Below the pieces are notes generated by a model. It did not search any database and was not told the origin of the DNA. It saw nothing but the letters and a program-made list of their open reading frames with translations. Shown here in pieces: positions 60,332 to 64,000 of a DNA stretch of 64,000 nt. Position 1 is the stretch's first letter. Each line of letters opens with the position of its first letter. The DNA comes from a virus: positions 10,429 through 74,428 of the IMG/VR virus record IMGVR_UViG_3300044957_000346. One strand, given 5' to 3'. Both the position numbers and the translations under genes were made by a program.

Positions 60332-61432
60332 ATGATTAGTACCAGTATCAGCACCAACAGTATCACCGTGGTTGTTATTGACGACTCCGGCAACAAGGTT
60401 TACACGCTCGCTCGCAGCCATCCCAATTACGATGCTGTGCTTGAGGCGGTTCGCAACAACGACGAAGCCAGCATTCACAGTTTGTGCAACGTCGCCAAGT
60501 CGATTGAGAATTTTGCCGAGGGCAAGGTCCGAGTCGAGAACGGTCACGTTTATTATGGCAATCTGCTGCTTGAGGGAATTATTGTTGAGCGCATCCTTGG
60601 TTTCATCAAGGAAAAGCTTCCGGTCATTCCGTTGCTCAAGTTCATCAACAAGCTCTACGAGAATCCGTCGAGTCGTGCCACCAGCGAGCTTTACAAGTTC
60701 CTTGAGCACAAGAACATGCCTATCACTCCCGACGGTAACTTCCTTGCCTACAAGGGTGTGCAGAGCGATTACTTCAGCAAAACTGCTGGCAACATCGAAG
60801 TGCTTCAAGGCAAGGTGGTTGACGGCAAGATTTTCAACGGTGTCGGCGAGACCATCATTGTGAAGCGCAATCAGGTCTGTGACAACAAGGAAGTGGGTTG
60901 CAGCAAGGGTCTTCACGCCGGTAGCGTCGAGTATGCCACCGGTTTTGGTGCTGGTGGCAAGGTTGTGATTGTTGAAATCAACCCCGCCAATGTGGTCAGC
61001 ATTCCTACGGATTGTGAGTGTCAGAAGCTTCGTGCTTGCGCCTACAAGGTTGTGGGTGAATTTGAGGTTCCGCTCAACGACAATTATTGCGATGCTTATT
61101 GCGATGATGAAATCGACCGCGACGGTGAAGTGGACGGTGAAGTGGACGGTGAAGTGAACGGTGAAGTGAACGGTGAAGTGAACGGTGAAGTGAACGGTGA
61201 AGTGGACGGTGAAGTGGACGGTGAAGTCACTGTTGAGGGCGTGCTGGACTCAGCATATGCCGACGGATTTGACTCTGGTTATGACGACAGTATGAACCAC
61301 AATCGTTTCTGCAACCAAGAGGTTGATCTGGAGTCTTTTGTTGAAGGTGTTGTCACCAAAGACGAGTATACCGATGCCTGGAAGAAAGGTTATCAGGCCG
61401 GCTACGATGACGGTGTGGTTGATCGAGACTAA
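60332..61432 (+). CDS. rIIB: rIIB-like protein
   Basis: ENPS....ELY.FL...PIT.DG.FLAYK.V, CS.GLH.G, V.INPA.VVSIP.D..KLR.C.Y.V. Confidence 0.9.
   Translation: MISTSISTNSITVVVIDDSGNKVYTLARSHPNYDAVLEAVRNNDEASIHSLCNVAKSIENFAEGKVRVENGHVYYGNLLLEGIIVERILGFIKEKLPVIPLLKFINKLYENPSSRATSELYKFLEHKNMPITPDGNFLAYKGVQSDYFSKTAGNIEVLQGKVVDGKIFNGVGETIIVKRNQVCDNKEVGCSKGLHAGSVEYATGFGAGGKVVIVEINPANVVSIPTDCECQKLRACAYKVVGEFEVPLNDNYCDAYCDDEIDRDGEVDGEVDGEVNGEVNGEVNGEVNGEVDGEVDGEVTVEGVLDSAYADGFDSGYDDSMNHNRFCNQEVDLESFVEGVVTKDEYTDAWKKGYQAGYDDGVVDRD
61121..61228 (+). repeat. 9 x 12-bp coding tandem repeat (D/N)GEV in the rIIB tail
   Basis: (G/A)ACGGTGAAGTG x9. Confidence 0.95.
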
Positions 61433-61453
61433 CCCATAAAATATAAAATATAA

Positions 61454-61495
61454 CAAATCACAAAGCGAAGCAGCAATGCTTCGCTTTGTGATTTG
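61454..61495 (+). terminator. 19-bp perfect hairpin with GCAA loop after rIIB
   Basis: CAAATCACAAAGCGAAGCA-GCAA-TGCTTCGCTTTGTGATTTG. Confidence 0.75.
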
Positions 61496-61505
61496 AAGTA
61501 GCCAT

Positions 61506-61694
61506 ATGAAATACAGACATATTATAAAAATACACACGGTGCTTGATTACGGCGAACTTGAGAATGTAATGAATGACTATGGAAAAGAAGGTATACGTGT
61601 CATAAAGGCAGAATTTATGTGCGATTCATTTGAAAAAGGTAGACCCATGAAAAAATTTGTATTATACTTGGAGAAGAAGTTAAAATCTAAATAA
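61506..61694 (+). CDS. Small hypothetical protein
   Basis: ATG ORF. Confidence 0.5.
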   Translation: MKYRHIIKIHTVLDYGELENVMNDYGKEGIRVIKAEFMCDSFEKGRPMKKFVLYLEKKLKSK

Positions 61695-61877
61695 TAGTTA
61701 AGTTATGAAACAAAAGTATTTAAGAACACAATTCCGTGGTTAATTATTGTATTTTTTTATATCTATCGTTGGCTTGTGCTATATTTGCTATAAAACATCC
61801 GTGGCCAACTGATATGGAACGATTTATCCATATAGGAGATGCTTTAACATTTAAAAAGATATCATACAAAGAAATGC

Positions 61878-62138
61878 GTGGCGATTATGAAAAATAATAT
61901 AATGGAAATTATTGAAGACAACGAATTACTTACAATTGATGGTTATGATGATTGTATTGTAGGTATTGGTTATAGAGCCGGCACTCAGTCAACATATGTT
62001 GTATATAATACTCAGAAGATTATCAATAAACTGATGAAAGATGGTATGTCATATCACGAAGCTGTGGATTTTCATGAATTCAATCAAGCTTGTGCTTGGG
62101 TAGGTGACAAAACTCCTGGGTTTGTAGACACACATTAA
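61878..62138 (+). CDS. Conserved phage hypothetical protein
   Basis: DGYDDCIVG...VVY...GM...EA..F.EFN...AWVG..TP.F. Confidence 0.7.
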   Translation: MAIMKNNIMEIIEDNELLTIDGYDDCIVGIGYRAGTQSTYVVYNTQKIINKLMKDGMSYHEAVDFHEFNQACAWVGDKTPGFVDTH

Positions 62139-62476
62139 TGAAATTATTCTACGGAATATCACTTTTAATCATTGTTTATATAATTGCTTGGCACCAATTG
62201 TACGGTCAATTTATCAACGATTTTTTTAAAAAGCATCAAACTATACTGATACTGTTAAGCGTTCCTTGCACATGGGCATCTATACATGCTATTCGGTTTA
62301 TAACTGAACATTTTAAAGGCGAAATATGGCCAAATAGAATACTAACATTCAGTATAGGAATTGTTATGTTCACACTACTGACTACTATTTATTTTAATGA
62401 ACGAATAACAACAAAAACATTAACATTAATTGCACTAAGCGCTTTAATTGTTATACTACAAGTTTTTTGGAAATGA
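62138..62476 (+). CDS. Small membrane protein (about 4 TM)
   Basis: Four hydrophobic segments. Confidence 0.65.
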   Translation: MKLFYGISLLIIVYIIAWHQLYGQFINDFFKKHQTILILLSVPCTWASIHAIRFITEHFKGEIWPNRILTFSIGIVMFTLLTTIYFNERITTKTLTLIALSALIVILQVFWK

Positions 62477-62660
62477 ATGCTATAATAAAAAAAGATATTA
62501 ATTGTATTACGACACAATTTGAAAAATGTGTTATTTGTAATATTGAAACCGATGTTCCTGTTAACGAACATATTGATTTTAGAAAAAATTATATAGAAGG
62601 CGGCGGACAATTTTGTGAACAATGTTACATCGATTTAGATACTAAAAAATATATAAAATT

Positions 62661-63056
62661 ATGAACAAATCAACCAAACCAAACGCTTTTATATTTAAAG
62701 CTTTAATTGAAAATGAATACAAACTTTGTGTATGTCCAAGAATAGACGGACAGTGGAGTGAAAAAGATATTGTATATATAAAAGACAACCCCTATACCAC
62801 ATTTGATGATGTATTAGATAATGTTTTATTTAGCGTATTATTTGTGGGATATGAAGAAGATCCAACTGTTGTAGGTGGACTTAAAATTAGCCATGTAAAT
62901 AGTAAATTTATGCGTAGTGATAAGGATACATCTCAAGATCTTTATCAACGAGATTTATTCTTTAGTACCGTAGAGAAAGGATATCAACAATTTTATGAAC
63001 AACCAGAACAAACAAGCTGGGAAAGGATCGAAACCCAGACCGGTGAAAAAAAGTGA
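62661..63056 (+). CDS. Hypothetical protein
   Basis: ATG ORF in operon. Confidence 0.55.
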   Translation: MNKSTKPNAFIFKALIENEYKLCVCPRIDGQWSEKDIVYIKDNPYTTFDDVLDNVLFSVLFVGYEEDPTVVGGLKISHVNSKFMRSDKDTSQDLYQRDLFFSTVEKGYQQFYEQPEQTSWERIETQTGEKK

Positions 63057-63116
63057 ATATGATTCTAATTATGATGCAATAAATTGGAATCGTAAAGATA
63101 AAAAAAAAATAAACAC

Positions 63117-63142
63117 CCGCCAATAATAAATTGGCGGTTTTT
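63117..63142 (+). terminator. Intrinsic terminator
   Basis: CCGCCAAT/ATTGGCGG plus T-run. Confidence 0.75.
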
Positions 63143-63607
63143 TAATATTGACAATATACAAAAAATTTGTAGAATTATGTGTTATGAAGTTTGACCCAAA
63201 AGATTGAATGTCATAAGTCAGAAGGCTTTATGAATCCACTTGATGCAAACAATCTCTGTATTGATACAAATCTAGAAGAATATCTAGTATTTACTGACGG
63301 TAAGAAAGAGATTTAGTGATTTGTGACAATTCAGTGAACAACACTATAGTATCTTTACTTTATGATAAGTTTATGATACTATATAGTGTATGATTGATAT
63401 ACGCTGTAATTATTGTGACGAACTGGCTGTTTTAAAAAATAACTATATTCATATGAATTGTCATTGTTGTGATGATAATCGTATTATACCTCTAGAAGAT
63501 CACTTGGATTATGATCGTCATAAAGATTATTTATATAGTATGATAAGTGATAATTTTTTGTTCAATGAAGAAAAGTAAAACTATTTATAGTTAAAGAAAG
63601 GTTTATT

Positions 63608-63847
63608 ATGCCAGGTCCAATTTATTTAGGTATCAAAACACAAAATCCAGTACTAGGCGTCCCTAGCACAAATCCAGGCACAGCCAACGCTATGGCAGCA
63701 GCCCAACAAATGGCACAATCACAACAACCACCACAACCTCAAGCTCAAGCTCAACAACAAGCTGGCAGATGGAATCAAGGTCAAGGTGTGCCTGTAATTG
63801 AAGTGCCATGGCACAAAGCTACACCGGCCATGAAGAATATTAAATAA
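63608..63847 (+). CDS. Gln/Pro-rich small protein
   Basis: TATTTATA and AAGG upstream, terminator-like hairpin downstream. Confidence 0.6.
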   Translation: MPGPIYLGIKTQNPVLGVPSTNPGTANAMAAAQQMAQSQQPPQPQAQAQQQAGRWNQGQGVPVIEVPWHKATPAMKNIK

Positions 63848-64000
63848 TTTCTTTTGTTCGTTTGTATTAATATAACCCCCCCCCCCCCCACACATTTTTG
63901 TGGGGTTTTTTATTTGACATTTTGTTATTATAACTTACAATCGTGATATGGATAATACTGTGAAAAAAATAAACGACAAATTAATAGAATCTGAAAATAC

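Noticed and set aside
57957-60916. Long antisense ORFs over rIIA/rIIB
   Set aside because: Shadow frames caused by codon bias; no recognisable motifs.
63876-63911. C14 homopolymer as a special element
   Set aside because: It forms the 5' arm of a terminator-like hairpin (CCCCAC/GTGGGG plus T-run); the run length may be a sequencing artefact.

Overview
A 64-kb AT-rich segment of a large T4-like (jumbo) tailed phage genome. Evidence: a gp45 sliding clamp, a gp44/RFC clamp loader, rIIA/rIIB, two tRNAs, sigma70-type early promoters and many short early ORFs. About 7-20 kb and 25-47 kb form a large glycan-synthesis complement (fcl, gmd, ColD-like, glf, rmlA, RmlD-like, GT4/GT11/GT25/GT-A transferases, FkbM methyltransferases), with many genes broken by nonsense or frameshift lesions. 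Three things stand out. (1) The clamp-loader gene is fractured into three ORFs joined by two different split inteins, one atypically split with a 28-aa IntN. Free-standing endonuclease genes and an FkbM gene sit in the gaps, and the joined exteins give a 318-aa protein. (2) An IscU Fe-S scaffold carries two inteins, each placed immediately before a cluster-ligating Cys. A fifth intein lies in a small non-enzymatic motif of a putative virion protein. (3) A direct-repeat-flanked cassette (53.4-56.6 kb) holds a DUF6745-like gene, its RQGDV partner and a 7-unit array. Each unit has a constant ~60-bp hairpin/stop/start junction followed by a variable tract of 12-bp repeats encoding [13 protein letters not shown](QVxx)n mini-proteins. 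All family assignments come from motifs recognised by eye; no searches were run.
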